A stretch of DNA of 64,000 nucleotides from a virus (Duplodnaviria; Caudoviricetes): IMG/VR virus record IMGVR_UViG_3300022752_000013; one strand, 5' to 3'. Under the pieces are notes generated by a model. That model was not told where the DNA came from, ran no database searches, and saw only the letters and a list, made by a program, of their open reading frames with translations. Of this stretch, positions 63,966-64,000 are shown piece after piece; the first letter of the stretch is position 1, and each line of letters starts with the position of its first letter. Position numbers and translations under genes: made by a program.

Positions 63966-64000
63966 AAGAAATTTTGGTAAATAAAGTTGATTTTCAAATA

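Noticed and set aside
1-64000. Alternative genetic code (stop-codon reassignment), as in some huge phages
   Set aside because: Known genes are full length in code 11, and TAA, TAG and TGA all terminate well-coupled ORFs.
1-64000. tRNA, rRNA or CRISPR array
   Set aside because: No cloverleaf/T-loop signature or regularly spaced repeat-spacer array was seen by eye, and intergenic gaps are short. tRNAscan and a CRISPR finder were not run.
1-64000. Bacterial chromosome or prophage origin, suggested by clpP, infA, nadE, erpA and sod
   Set aside because: These genes are isolated among phage-type small ORFs, structural genes and TAAATA late elements. There are no bacterial operon contexts or integrase in the window.

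Overview
The window is a densely coding, intact piece of a large T4-like (myovirus, huge-phage-type) genome in the standard genetic code. Evidence: gp9/gp10-like fibre and baseplate genes, a clamp-loader subunit, a GroES-like co-chaperonin, PhoH, about 16 sigma70 early promoters with 17-bp spacers and many T4-late-type TAAATA elements. Host-like genes (ClpP, IF-1, ErpA, phasin, DUF3563-like) suggest a proteobacterial, probably betaproteobacterial, host; this is inference. I found no tRNA, rRNA, CRISPR array or integrase. The most unusual observations are: (1) a PlcP-Agt phospholipid-to-glycolipid remodelling pair; (2) a miniature malonyl-CoA-decarboxylase-fold protein that keeps both catalytic motifs; (3) unrelated proteins sharing T4 internal-protein-like leaders and (L/I/V)xE cleavage sites, including an Fe/Mn SOD and a protein with a masked Tat signal; (4) an 18-bp palindrome helically phased against early promoters; (5) a tandem array of five small paralogues ending in F-x-L-K/R-W; (6) a ParB-like gene clustered with three putative nucleases; (7) a DnaE fragment that stops just before the catalytic aspartates; (8) a stand-alone ATE/Bpt-like aminoacyl-transferase domain alongside two ClpPs. 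All family assignments come from motif recognition by eye and recalled family knowledge; no database search was run.
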